Source: Trichosphaerium sp. ATCC 40318
Lineage: Eukaryota > Protista > Tubulinea
DNA length: 64,000 bases
NCBI GenBank assembly: GCA_038496445.1
Contig: JALMLS010000017.1
Coordinates: 62,001 to 126,000 of the forward strand
Reading direction: 5' to 3'
Positions within the stretch are counted from its first letter, which is position 1. Every line of letters starts with the position of its first letter. The notes beneath the pieces were generated by a model that was given only the letters and a program-made list of their open reading frames with translations, was not told the origin of the DNA and did no database searches. The position numbers and the translations under genes were made by a program. Below are positions 40,126 through 54,528 of the stretch, one piece after another.

Positions 40126-43100
40126 ATGTTTCTTGATGATTATATCCTCCAAGGAGGTTAAAAAACGGTTTTGGAACCGTTTCCACGTCGCGCGCAAGTT
40201 TGACTTTTTGAAAATACGCATTATCTTTACTGCTGGTCCATCTATAATAGCGTGTTGGTGAGAGTGAGCATTGGTTAAAAGTAGGATATGGGGTACGTTT
40301 TATGCTTTTTTTGTATTCCGTATTTGAAAACAATTGTTTGTATTGTACACTCGCGTGTTTAGAGTACCTTCCAGTATATTTTACGTCTTTGTAATTTAAT
40401 TGTTTAGAAATACCGTGAGTACGGTGGACACAAACGCGAGGTACGTGTGCCAGCGTAAAAGGTAAATTGTAAAACTCTCAACTAACAAAAACTAGTATTG
40501 TTCTTGAAAGTCCCTTAAAACTCCAAAGCGAGTGGTTAAAGGCTTGGAACAACCGCTGGCTACAATTAACAGTGCAGGATCTTCGTTATTACCGTTATTT
40601 CACAGACCTGAAAGACAAAGATACTGTATTACGTGGACAAGTTGCTATAAACAAAGTAGCGTCAGCTGCGTTAAAAAATAAGTGCAAAGTACGCCTTTTA
40701 ATTGAAAAACAAGCTAAACAAGACATAGGATGGATTATTTTTGTTTGAGATTGTGACGCCTAGCCGAAACTTTCTGTTTGGAGCCAAGACACTAGCTAGA
40801 GCGCGTTTGTGGGTTAGCACAATTAATAAGGTTAGAGATGGAGAGATACAGGCATGTCAATTACCTTTTTTTTGAATTATACTAATAATCTCTAGACTTC
40901 CGAAGATGCTTTCCTTACGACAACTTGTCGAACCAATAGTGATGGTCTTATTGTTGATCGAGATCTAAGAGTATTCCAGTCCCTCATACGTAGGTATTTA
41001 GCATGGCAAAAGCTTTGTGTATTACGCGAACAAAGTACCTCACGTGACTTATTGGTGATTGATGAACAACATAAAAAATCTGTCATTATTCAGAGTGTGT
41101 GGCGTGGTTATGCCGTAAGAAAGAGCCAAAAAGAACAGCATTTGGCTGCTTCAAGAATACAAAGTACTTGGCGAGGTGTAGCGATGCGAAAACAATTAAA
41201 TCAAGAGCACATTTCTGCAACTAAAATTCAATCAATCTGGAGAGGTCATAGCACTAGAACAAAACAGCAGAGTTACCGTGATGCAATAATTAAAGTACAG
41301 AGCACTTGGCGAGGGTACGTGGCTAGAATGCAGCGTTTAAGAGCAGAGAAAGCAGCAGCTAAGGTACAAAGAGCATGGCGCGCTTTTTGCGCTTGGCGCA
41401 AGTATAAACAAGAGAAACAAAAACTACAATCAGCAGCTGTCACAGTACAAAGTCTGTGGAAGGGTGTTATGACTAGGAAACTACAAACATCTAAACAAAA
41501 TGCTGCTGTGGTCGTACAGAACACGTGGCGTAATTATGTTTCAAGAAAAAAGAGTAAACGAGAACAACTTGCAGCTATTAAGGTTCAAAGTTTATGGCGT
41601 GGAGTGATGTCTCGTAATCTACAAAAAACTCAAAGTGGTGCTGCTATAAAGCTACAGAGTGTATGGCGTGGACACGCTACAAGGCTTGAGCAAAAGCGAG
41701 CGTCAAAAGCTGCATCTAAACTACAGAGTTTGTGGCATGGTGTGATGACACGGACGCAACAAAACTTGGAAAATGACGCTGCTATTAAAGTCCAAAGCGC
41801 TTGGCGTGGTTACTCAACAAGATCTGAGAAACAAAAAACAGATGAAGCTGTAACTAAAGTTCAAAGTCTATGGCGTGGACGAGCAATTAGAAAATTGACT
41901 GGTACACAACAAAAGGCAGCAATAGCTATACAACAAACTTGGCGTAAATACAAAGATGAACAAAAAGCTTTAGAGCAGGCTTATGCTGCAATACGGATAC
42001 AAGCAGGTATAGTTATATCATTCTTATGTTATTAGTATACTAATGATCATTATTAGCGTATAAGGGCTTCAAAGCACGTCAACAGTATGCTGCTATGCGT
42101 GAAGAAAATGAAGAGTTTGATTTAGAGGCTGAGCTTGGTAAGTAAATTGGTTATGTTTTAGGTTTGTTTTTTGCTTATCTCTAGTCGAAGATGATTCTTT
42201 GGTTGCAAACTTGAAGGTCTTGGATGAAGCCGCAGTTGATTCTGATGAAGGAAATTCTGTCGGCATGGATCAAGATGAGGATGATACCACTTATGAGGGT
42301 ACTCACCAAAATCACTTTTTCTTTTTTGCTGAACATGTCACTTACATTTGATGTTTAAGAAGAACAAGAGAGGCTTGCTTCTTTGTTGGAAGGTCTTGGT
42401 AGTAATAAGAGTAGAAAAGGGGGATCACATAGAAGTGTCACAAGTTTATTTGATCCACCTCCTAAACCTATCACTACAAAAACACCAACAACCCCTATAA
42501 GGATAAAAAAAGTTGCAAATAGATTTGATAATGTATTCCGACCTTTGACACCTCCTGTAAAGTCAAGTGCTCCAATTGATTCGGAAGAACCGTATGTTTC
42601 TACTTCTGTCGAATCTGGAGAAGGAATTGAGGAAGAGGAAGAGGAATTCTTTGATCTTGAAGATGAACTTGATGCTGCAGGCATAGATGGAGATAGCCTG
42701 AAAGAAGAATCTTTCCTCGAGAACTTACCAGAAATGAGCGATGTAAAAGCAGAAGATGATACAGGTATTGAAGACGAAGATCCTGTTGATGAAGATGATG
42801 CTGAAGAAGATAGTGGAGAAGAATACGAGGACTTTGATGATGATTTAGAAGATGGTCTAGATGATCCAGACCTTGATAGTCTTATGGCTAATCTACAAAC
42901 TATGAATGAAAATATCGAGGACGAAGAAGAGGTATGTCTTGTTGGTCAAGAAAAATAACCCAAGAACCATGTTTCTTCTTTTTGTGGATACACACAAACT
43001 CAAGCTAATTGTAGGAGGAGCTGTCTGATACAGAAGATCCTGAGGATGCTTTGGATGATAAACACACAAAAGAGTCTTTATTTCATGATGTAGGCGCAGA

Positions 43101-44214
43101 AGAAGCTCTTAATAAAATCGGTCTACGAAGAGCGAAGAAAGTAATACAACAAGAAGATGCCCATGCTATTGTTTATCCTTTTCACGATCATAAAGAAAAA
43201 GCTTTTATTGGAGTATTTGATGGTCATGCTGGAAAGGGTTGTGCTGAAGCTTGCGTAACACTAATGCCAGAGGTAATCGGTTGCTTTATTATTCTTAAAT
43301 AACATTCAAAAGACTTACTTGTTTATAAAGGTGTTTGGCGAGCATAGTCTTGGCGATACTTTACCTGACTATAGAGATAAATGGTTTGACACATTTGATG
43401 CAGCAGATTCTCGTTTGACTAGCTATGAGTATGAAGGGTAAGGCAACTTAACTTCGTCAAAATATTAACAAGTTTTCTTTTTCTTTAGTGCTACTTGCAC
43501 ATGTGTTTATTTATGGAAATATAAAGACACATATTTATGTCAAGCAGCAAATGTTGGAGATTCTTCTGCCTTCCTTTAGTACGGTTTTTGTTTTAGCTAG
43601 TTTAAAAAAGCACAATATTAACAGTATTTTCCTCAGCCGAGATGGTGAAGCAATACCATTGACAGTAGATCATAACCTTAAACGTGAGAGCGAAAAACAA
43701 CGTCTAAGGTCTCAAGGCATTCCTGTTCATGATGGAAAAACACGAATTGGGGGATTAGGCGTTAGTAGAGCTCTTGGAGACCATTTTTTAAAATTCCAAA
43801 ATTCTGGATTATCTAGGTACTTCGTTGCGGTTTACAACTTTTGAGCAATAGTTTCTTATGTAAATTAGGATACCAGATGTTTCACCTACCTTTAAACTTA
43901 CTGATAGAGACTCGTTTATAGTTGTTGCTTCAGATGGGGTACATTGAACATCAAAATAACTAAAGCACAGCTAACTTTTTGCTTACAGCTTTGGGATGTC
44001 ATGTCTGGTCAGCATGCTTACTCAATCATAAGTGAGATGGAAGGTAACACAGCAAAGGAGAGAGCAGCACAGCTTGTAAAAATCGCTGTCCAATCCAAGT
44101 ACGGAGGCATATTTCATTGAAATTATTTAATCACTTGACACTATTTGGTCTCGTATTAAGTCTTTATTTAGGAAATGTAGGGATAATGTAACTGTAATTG
44201 TAGTCATACTTTGA
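40126..44214 (+). CDS. PH domain - IQ-repeat array - acidic linker - PP2C (PPM) phosphatase; start uncertain
   Basis: PH: WLKAWNNRWLQLT..LRYY, FEIVTPSRNFLFGA..ARLWVSTI; 14 IQxxWRG repeats; PP2C: QEDAH, GVFDGHAG, ANVGDS, VSRALGDH, VASDGLWDV, DNVTVIVV. Confidence 0.85.
41085..42080 (+). repeat. Coding array of about 14 IQ calmodulin-binding motifs, mostly 23-aa period
   Basis: [IVL]Q[SRN]xW[RK]G repeats in ORF 41052-42035. Confidence 0.9.
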
Positions 44215-44701
44215 GTCATGTAAAGCAGTGTAGTGACGTAGAAAAAAGTCACCGACATAAACGACAAAGAGTTCATAATTTTTTGATGTTCATGGATAAA
44301 TACAAAGCCGGCGCTTGACTCAAGTGAAAACGACTTGTGGCGCACAAAAAAAATCTGAGGTTGTCATGTCAAGGAAACAAAACGTGTCTTGTACCTTCTT
44401 TTTCGCCTGTGACAGTTTATGACGTCGAACAAGTCTACGCAAACCCATTTCATTGAAATCATTTAAGCAGTTTACAACGAAAACTTAGGCGAAAAATGTA
44501 TTAGCGAACTGAAAACCAAATACGGCTATTCGGTTCTACGGTCAAAAGCGCTTCGAGAGCTATAACGAAAAGTGACATTTGTCAATTTTGCACTTTTTAT
44601 TCGGTCTTACCTTCAATGAAAATACATTAACCGCCACGACTAACGCTGACTGCAGGTACACGCAGTAACTTCATTTATTAAAACATAACAACACAAACAC
44701 A

Positions 44702-46872
44702 ATGGCAGGTCAAACACAATCAATAACTTTAGAGACACAGCTCGAATTTAACACAGTGTCTTGTGACAAAGTAGAGCAAGTTTTTGCTATGGGTAGTCTC
44801 AAAGCACCTTTCTTGGAGGCGAACAAAGAGAAAAGGGCACCAATTGATCTTGTTGCTGTTATCGACAAGAGGTATATATTTCTCTACCATTAAAGTACTA
44901 ACAATGTTTTGTAGCGGGAGTATGTCCGGATCTAAGCTACAAATGGTCAAAAAAACATGTGAATTTGTAGTAAAACATTTAAAGAAAGATGACTCTTTTT
45001 CACTTGTCACATACGATTCTGGTGTATCTACTGATATCCCTATTTGTAAAATGAACACAAAGAACAAGGTACGCAGCTGAGATGAGGAAGCCTTTCTTCT
45101 TGTGGATGGTGCCTCTAATTTGTCGTATCAGGAAAAAGTAATATCTGTTCTACGTAAAACCAAAGCTGGATCTTGTACAAACCTATCAGGAGGCCTTCTT
45201 GCAGGTTTAGATCAGATTGGAAAGAGCAAATCGTATGGGTTTTTTTTATTTATTTTTTAATCACGTGATCGTCAACGTAAACTAATGGTTGATAAGAGGG
45301 AATAAGGTTGCCAGTGTTTTCTTATTTACAGATGGCCTGGCTAATGAAGGAATCACAAGCGAGCACGGCATCAAAAAGGCAGCTAAAGATATGCTTAAAG
45401 CAATAGAAACAGCATGTTCTGTATACACTTTTGGATTTGGATCTGATCACAATCCTACAATGTTGCGGTACGTAAAACGTACTTCAAAAACAATTAGAAT
45501 TTACTTACTCATTCCCAACAGTGGAATAGCCGAGACAGGAGCTGGAATGTACTATTTTATTGAAACAGAAGATGATATTGCAGAATCATTCGGTGATGGT
45601 AAGGAGCGATTATTTCGCGTCTTGTTTTGTCTAACAATGATTAGCAATTGGAGGATTACTAAGTGTCATTGCACAAAACATGAAGTTGACAATTACGCCA
45701 GTTGGAGGTGCTAAGATCACTCAGTTTCTAGGCGTTGTAAAGGCTGTTGATGGCGAAGATGCAAGCGATACTGGAAACGATCAAACACTAAGCACAGAAT
45801 CTGATGAAGAGGAAGTAGTAGTGAAGAAACCATCCAAGTCAAAAAAGAGAACTAATAGAAACAAACAAGCTAAAAAAAGCCCACCTAAAAACACAGCAAC
45901 AAAACCAGAAAAGAAGCCATCCAAAGCTATTGAAGGCTCTACTTCTCCTCAATCGATCGATATGGGTGATTTATACAGCGAAGAAGCGCGTGATATTGTT
46001 GTCGGCATGCAACTACCACAAACTGATACTGAAGGAGGTACGAATTAACTCGGATTTCTTCGAAAAACGTCTAATTGATTTTTAGAATGTCCTATTTGCG
46101 AATTTACTCTTTCGTATTTTAACGTAATCACGTGCAATAACGAAACGATCACTGTTGTGTGTAACGCAAACAGATCTAAATCACCACCAAAAGACCAAGA
46201 GGTACGACATTCACATATTGTAAATTTTAAAAGTAAGCCTCTTATTAATGTTCTACCAATAGCGAGCATATGATCTTGATATTCAAGTAAACCGTTTGCT
46301 TACAACGAAAACAATGGATAACGCCCGTAAGTTTGGTGATGCAAGCAAGCTAGCTGAAGCTAGAGAATGCATCCAGGAGGCCATAGATACTATAAAATCA
46401 TCAGTGTCAGCATCTGACGCCTTGTGTCAAATGTACGTAACCGTAAAACATTTTTTACCATTTTACCTACTATTGCTATAGGCTTGTCGATGATCTTATC
46501 GATCTAAAAGGAGACTTCAATGACAAAAGGAGTTATGAAGTGAAAGCTAAGAAGAAAATAAACTGGAAAGGGTACGTGATAGACATTAAAGAAACAAAGT
46601 CTTCTTTAAGCTAAATCGCCTTTAGAGCTGCGCATAGTAAGCAACGTTGTGCTGGTAAAGCAGGAGTATCATACCAAACTAAAGCAAAAAAAGCAGCCCA
46701 AAAGAGCATATCAGCCTTTAACGACTATGATGACTGTGATGATGATGATATTGTTATGTCAAAACCAACAGCAACAAAGAGTAAACATAAAAAGAGAAAA
46801 CCTATAAACTCAAAACCTATGGCAAAAAAAATGCCACGCAAAACAAAAACAAAAACAATGAGTAAAAAGTAA
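44702..46872 (+). CDS. von Willebrand factor A domain protein with Lys-rich insert and tail
   Basis: RAPIDLVAVIDKSGSMSGSKL (MIDAS), TNLSGGL, FLFTDGLAN, TFGFGSDHN. Confidence 0.88.
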
Positions 46873-46967
46873 AACTAAATCTGAATGCAAGAAAAAATCG
46901 AGAAATAAACAAGACTGTAATTAGATAGAAAAACTTTATGTACATTGTTTGTTTCTTTTGTCCCTTT

Positions 46968-48160
46968 CTAGGATTTGATTCGTAGTAAAGAATGTATCTG
47001 TGTACGCAAGTACCTATTATGTGTGTTATTGTAGTATGGATATTGAAATTACGTACCTCTGCTTACCACCCTTATTTGATCTACTCAACGCCTTTGGTTC
47101 CCATTTTTCTTTCGGATATAATTTGCTCAGCAAATCTACCCATTTGCAACGTTGTATCAATGTAGAGTTTCCAGCAATGATTAATTCAAACCCAGAAATA
47201 TTATACCAATCACTAGGGTGCGATATATTTAGCCTACACTCAACATCTAATACTCAATGAGTAAATAACCACAAAAAAAAAAAAAACAACTGTCTCACGT
47301 TTACGAAATTGTTCCATAGTTTGACTTGTCCAGCTATTGCGCGGTACGTGGCTAAGAACATGTTAGACGTTAAAGTGCACAAGAACACTAACCTAAACTT
47401 GAATGTTTGCCATTCGTAATCCGGATAGAGAGTAGCAAGGCATCGTGAAATGGAATGGTTGTACCTACTCAATTTTAGAAATTACAAGAATAAAACTTGT
47501 TCACCACATACTTTCTCATGATGTAAGAACCACCGTGCTTATGTATCTCAGCATGACCGTGATTATACCACTCATCCAACGACTTTACACCAAGCCGTTC
47601 TCCAATATCATCAATCCTTTCCGCTTGATTGTTGACACTTTCCCAGTGATTGTTTGGAGAGTGCCTAGCTTAAATGTAAACGGCTAATTTGTTGTGATTA
47701 ATGCTTCTTGCCCAAATTTCCATGGCAGCCATTTAAAACTGGGGTAGATATTCTCCATTGCCTGAAGAATGCTAGCGTTGTATCTACGAGAAATTAGCGA
47801 AGTTTGTAACCAATTGTACTTGTGACATATTCCAGCGCCTCCGTGAGCGTTTATATCGCTTTGGGTAACACCATACCACTCATCAAGGTCTTTTACGCCC
47901 AACACTTCTCCTATGGAATCAAATTTGCGTTTTTGGTTACCCTCGCTGTTCCAGTGCCCAAGGGGGGCACGCCTTCAAATTTCTTAACGTGTTAGATTCA
48001 ATTTTTACGTACGACGCGCTAGATACCGCCAGCTTCATACAACGATCACATTCTTCGACATAACGTCAAAAACAAGCTTTCTACAATCAATTAGTGTCAA
48101 TACTGGTCAAGGACGTTGTTATCACCACTGGTTACCGCCACTACCCATTTTTCGCCATTA
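46968..48160 (-). CDS. Uncharacterised Trp-repeat protein B (start uncertain)
   Basis: Repeats of about 70 aa: PxxHW..N...LGVKxLDEWY...GG...YNxSI...YPxxxWxxWKF. Confidence 0.65.
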
Positions 48161-48425
48161 CAAACGGTTTCGCAGTGAAAGCTTTCCAAAGCCAAATCAC
48201 GTGGAGAATATTGTAATGACAGCGAACTTATTACATAGCTTTTATTACAACAGTCGAGAAGTTAACTCATTGACTCTACTTAGTGATGACTGTTGTGCAA
48301 CTTACTGACTTTGCCTACGCAAGCCATTGGTTGTGTCAAAGTCATTTAAAGTCGAGTCGCGTTTAAACTAACACCACTAACTTACTTTACAACCTGACAC
48401 TAAAATAAGTTTTTAGCGCTCGAGA

Positions 48426-49680
48426 TCAAGCTCCTATAATGAATAAGCATAAGTAGTCATGTATGTAATTACTTACGTTTGCTTTGCTCTCTTGTCCTTT
48501 TTTGCTAAAAGGTCCCAATCCCATTCCACTTCAGGGTGAAGCTTCTCTAAAATGAAAGGCCACCATATCAATGCCCCAGTACACCCAAGTTCGCGCAAAT
48601 CATTTACAGATGTAGTGTACCTACACGCATGTTAAAAAAACAATGTGAAATTTTGTTAGTATCATTTATTTGAAGTGCTGTACCATTTCTGGGGATCGTC
48701 AATATGTAGTTCTTTTATAGCTCTTTCGTAGAACTCAAGAGCATGGCTTTCTTTATGCCAGTATCCCTGTGGCGTTTTTCTACAGCATATAAGCTATTTA
48801 CCAACAACTTTGAAAACGCACGCAAAGCGTGTAACATCCCATCCGTAATCCGGGTATGCTGATCGTATTAAACCCACAGCAGAATTACTGTACCGAAACA
48901 ATAAACCAGAGCCACCAAATTCCGTTATATCGACACTGGTTAGTTTATAGAGATCCTGCAAGCACTTAAAGTTTTTCTTCTCCGCCAAGCACTCTATAAA
49001 CTTTATAATATTAGAGCCAGAACCCCAGTGATTGCGCGGTGCTGCAGAACTCAACAAATGTTAAGTATTGATTGGATCAAAAAATGTCGTACTGAAACTT
49101 CCATGGCTGCCATTTGTACTCTTTGAATACTTTCATTACCGCAGTTACAGGAGACGCAGCATACTTATAAATGACAAAAGCTGCGCCATCAAAATCCGCA
49201 ATATCCTTGGTTTAAACTTTAGCACCAACGTTGCAATAATACTCTATACTACGCACTTGCATTGTGACACTGTACCAGTCAGACATAAGTTTCCAGCCCC
49301 TACTTTTTGCCAACTCGGTAAAGAAAAGCTTGTGATTGTCCATGTCGTCCCAAAAGCTATGAGGGACGGAGCTACGAGGTTTTAGAGCGCGTATACGCCA
49401 AAAATTTACCTAAAACGCCAAGGATGTAATGTGTCACTCGAATAGTGCTTTAGTATAGCGCCAGGCATTCCATGCCTACAGTTCTGTTTGTAACTACCCA
49501 AAACATACCAAACTGGTACCGTTTGACAACAAAACCAGCGCCGTAATGATTTAGATCAGCGCGTTTAATATTACACCAGCCATCAATAGTCTTTACACCA
49601 ATTTTACCAGCAATTCGCTCCAACACCGCTTTTTCGTGGCAAATAAGCGTTCTGGACATACAAGGGCAGTCATACAGGAC
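48426..49680 (-). CDS. Uncharacterised Trp-repeat protein A (start uncertain)
   Basis: Same repeat type: PRNHWGSGSNIIKF..DLY..FGGSGLLFRYSNS..AYPDYGWDVTRF; WQPWKF. Confidence 0.65.
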
Positions 49681-49876
49681 GCAATGTTAACTAAAGTTTA
49701 ACAACAGCGACCAACTTTATTCCACAGCCGTTATTAAAGAATCGATAGATTTGACCACTCCACCACGACACTTGACAAATCACGAGGAGCGATAATACAA
49801 AGGTGCACAAAAAAATAACGGTAACATAACTAAAAAGCGGAAGCGCAAATACAAAGTGAGTTTGTAGCAATGAGGA

Positions 49877-49892
49877 GGTGTTAAAAAACACC
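49877..49892 (-). promoter_or_regulatory. Histone 3' stem-loop of H3
   Basis: GGTGTT-TTTT-AACACC (6-bp stem, 4-nt loop) about 20 nt after the stop. Confidence 0.8.
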
Positions 49893-49911
49893 AAAATTTT
49901 TATCCGCTTAT

Positions 49912-50937
<1,026 letters not shown>

Positions 50938-50957
50938 ACGGTTTAACCCTAAACTTT

Positions 50958-50973
50958 GGTGTTTTTTAACACC
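50958..50973 (+). promoter_or_regulatory. Histone 3' stem-loop of H4
   Basis: GGTGTT-TTTT-AACACC 20 nt after the stop; identical to the H3 element. Confidence 0.8.
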
Positions 50974-51075
50974 TCCTCATTGCTACAAACTCATTTCCTC
51001 GCCTTGTAATATTTTTTTGTCAAACTATACCGTTATTTTCGTTATTTGGTTTGTATCTTCACCTAAAAGCACTTC

Positions 51076-53850
51076 ATGCCAGTGACGAGTTTGTTTTGCG
51101 ATAGCCGTTAGGCGCGCTTGTTGTAAGAGCCGCACACAGGAAACTTTAATTAGGTGCGTTCGTTAGCTCGTTTTGGTTCGTGTTTAGTTTTGCGCCTTGT
51201 AGTTTCTGGCTGTCTCGTTTTTTCTTCAATAGTAATCGAGGCGTAACTCGAACGCATACATGCGTAAGGCTTGTATATGACTACCCCTTACTATATTCAT
51301 TTCGCACTTCCGCAAGGTACAGCAATTTTTGTACGTAACGCTAACGTTTCGACAGGCCTCGCCATAAACACGAGCATTGGGCAATTCCTGGCCATAAAAT
51401 TTCGCGTTCATGGAGTGTACGGAGCTACGATTGCTTAGCTTGCTAAATACTATCTAACTCGCACACTCAGGGCAGTGGTATGTAGCGTCGTTCAAGGTTA
51501 AAAAGGTATGCGTACACGCACTACGAATTTAGTTAAATCATTTTATACAGGCTGGTAACTATGAACTTGGTATCTCGTACAACGACAAGCGCTGTTGGAT
51601 GCAGCCCATTGTAATTATTGTTGGTACAAAAACGAAAATAGTTGTTGAAATCATCGCTAAATACTATAAAAGATAAACAAGGTGGCACCAGTTCTGCTGA
51701 TGTCTCATGCCTTTCTCGTCGTAGACGTAAAAAAAAAGAAAGGGAAAGTACAGTCTCGTTTGTAGCATCTAGACAATCATTTGATCCAATCTACGCTACG
51801 AGTGATACCTCTGACCCTCGCGAGCTATTATTAAGCGATTGCTCTGACAGCGCTGGCACAAATGAGCTTGCTCCAATAAAGTATGGATTTTCTGAGCCTG
51901 GAACACGAAGAAGGGTTGAGTTCGATAGTAATGTTGAAAAACAGTACGTACCAACCAAACTTGTGGCTTTTTTTTTTGTTTTTTTTTAACTCGTTTAGAA
52001 GCTCTGAAGATCCTATTGAGCAACAACCTCACTCTTGGGCAGGCACTGGTTTGGAACATGTTCCAGTAAGTTCCAGATCAGTTGTTGAGGCCAATTCCGC
52101 TACTACAAGCGGATATGTACCTGCAAAAGTATCAAAAGAACTTACACGTGCTTACACGTCGTTTTTAACGACAAGTTTTCGCAAACAAAAGTATAATCAT
52201 GGACGCTCTAAAAGCGTTAATTATTCTGCAAATTCCATAAAATCTCTTGGTTCAGGTCAACGTGTTGAACTAGCTTTGGACAGTATAGCTGATATAAGTC
52301 ATTCTACAACGTATTCACGAAGTAAGCGCCATACTATAGTTAGTCCAAAGCGAGCAGCTGCTCCTACGTCTTTTATTTGTACGTTGAACTTCTTCACTAA
52401 ATTTCTTTGGCTTACTTTTTTTTTCTAGCTCAACCAAGAACAACTCAATCGCCATTATCTCAACCAGCTACAAGAGAGCATATATCTAGATTTTTGAGTA
52501 TGGATGACGTGTTAGTTGGGCCTCCACCACAGCCGTCAATGCAAACTTCATTCCGCTCAGATGTTACTGGTGGTTTATTGCCTACAGCAGATACTACTGA
52601 GTCTGATTTAATAGAATTATCTGCACTTGCTAGTATGGCTGACTTGGACGCCATTGCCAAGTCATTACGTAGTGGTGCACCTGGTAGTGAAGCTATAAAA
52701 CATACATTTTCAAGTTCTGAATCGCCGGCATCCTCATCGAAAACTGCTGTAAAGGAATCTCGCTCTACGTCGACATTACCACAATTTAGACAAGTCTCAA
52801 GTGTACGAATCACCTCCTCAGTCAACTGTCTTTCTGCGTTTAAAAAAAACCTTTTCTCATCATTTTTGACATTTCGCTCATTTTTTTATGAAGGCGCCCC
52901 GTAGTACAGGTCCAATACGTTTTCCTGCCTCGAATGCTACTGGTTATAATGCAATGGCACCAAAAGTACCTCCTAAAAGACCACCAAAGGTTAGAGTATT
53001 CGGTCGTGCTTCTGTACAACAAAAAAGAGGCGGAAAGCAACCTAGGTTTATTGGAAAGCAAAGAACAAACTCATCTGTTCCTAAACGTCCTTTAAAAGGA
53101 TTTAACTATAAGCCACCTATGCCAAAACAGAAATCTCCAGGTACTCCACGGCCTATTGACAATAGCATTGCTTTAAGCCAGGAGAAGAAAACTAGATCTA
53201 TGAGTGGTAGTGGCACGACTATATCTGGAAGTGTCACATTGGGTCCTACACCAAAGGCTTCCTCTCCGAAAGTAGGTGGCTCTCCTAGGGCTGCTTCTAT
53301 CAAATTAAGTGGGTCAGCAGGGGCTAACCCTCCTAAACTGAGTCGGTCTCCTAGGGTTGCCCCTTCTATAGTTAGTAGCTTGCCTAAGGCGGGTCCTCCA
53401 AAAGTAGGTGTTTCGCCTAAAGGTGTACCAAAGAACAATTCTGTGCGATATTCTGCAAGTGTTAATGCTAGAGGAGAGTGAGAGTATATGAACTCTTAAG
53501 CTTGGAAATAAGAGCAAGACGAAGAAAGAAAGTGGCACTCGCAGAAAAGTTATCTATATCTCTTGCAGACAGCTTTTTTTTTTTAAAAGTGAGTCAAAAC
53601 GAAAAAAAGCGTTGGTGTACTATAGACTCAACTCTGGAATTACGAAAAAATGTACATTTAATGGTAACTCTAGAATGGATAACCAAAAATAATAATAAAA
53701 ACTTCAAACAAACTTTGACCTCATTTTACTACGAAAAGATGAACAAATGACGATTGTAGAATAGGTGGTAAGATGGGTGTCCTCATAGTAGGTAAAACGT
53801 GGGATGAAGCGAAGTTAGGAGATTGTGTTTCAGGCCTTTACTACGTAATT
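51076..53850 (+). CDS. Largely disordered Ser/Pro/Lys-rich protein, possible filamin/Ig-like N-terminal segment; both ends uncertain
   Basis: Chain of long + ORFs separated by poly-T introns; WYVASFKVKKAGNYELGISYN near 51475-51585; many SP motifs. Confidence 0.5.
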
Positions 53851-53964
53851 GTTTTTTTTTTTTTTGAAATGTGGAATTTGTGTTTTTTATTGGCATGTTG
53901 AACGTTGTTCTTTGTCTTTTTGGCTATTATACATGGTGTCCAGAATGAATGGGTGTTTGCAAGC

Positions 53965-54528
53965 TCATTTTGCGCCTGCAGCGGCTGACGCGTCAAAAAA
54001 ATCTCCAAAGTCGATCAAGAAATCATTGTTGCTTTTTGTTTGTTTTCCTGCAACTAGTTTTTGAAGTTCTGGAGTCGCAAATGATGTATCTTCCAAATCA
54101 GCAGGTAAAAACGGATTTACTGTAGTGCGCTTTTTAGCTGCTTTTGTACTCTTATCGGGGCGTATTGGCGCTGGTTTATACGTGGCTGTTGTAGCGGGGT
54201 TTTTATTTTCGGGTGTTTTTGTGATTCGTGGGGCTGTTTGTTTGTTTACTGGCTTGTTTTCCTCGTTGGTTACCTGTTTTGGTGTACTCACGCTAGTACA
54301 AATGTTGTTCTCTGGTTTAGGTTTGGAAACGATATCTACGCCTGATACAGCTCTTTCTGCTAATTCCAGTTCCCTTTCGATGTCATCTAGGTCAGGACTA
54401 AAGCTACTTTCTGCTTTATCGCCCTGTACCTCCTTCTTTGCGGCTGCATAGTCCTCTGCATACTTCTCTTCTTCTGTTTTTTCTCTAAAGGTGAATTTTG
54501 CCTTTTTACCTTTAAACAGCTTTGTCAT
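53965..54528 (-). CDS. Hypothetical hydrophilic protein with NPF and LIDF/DFF motifs
   Basis: Intronless ORF of about 190 aa; VNPFLP, FLIDFGDFFD resemble endocytic adaptor-binding motifs. Confidence 0.55.
   Translation of the reverse strand: MTKLFKGKKAKFTFREKTEEEKYAEDYAAAKKEVQGDKAESSFSPDLDDIERELELAERAVSGVDIVSKPKPENNICTSVSTPKQVTNEENKPVNKQTAPRITKTPENKNPATTATYKPAPIRPDKSTKAAKKRTTVNPFLPADLEDTSFATPELQKLVAGKQTKSNNDFLIDFGDFFDASAAAGAK

Noticed and set aside
48283-48397. Possible box C/D snoRNA (GTGATGA...CTGA) between the Trp-repeat genes
   Set aside because: No convincing terminal stem or recognisable rRNA guide; the motifs could be chance
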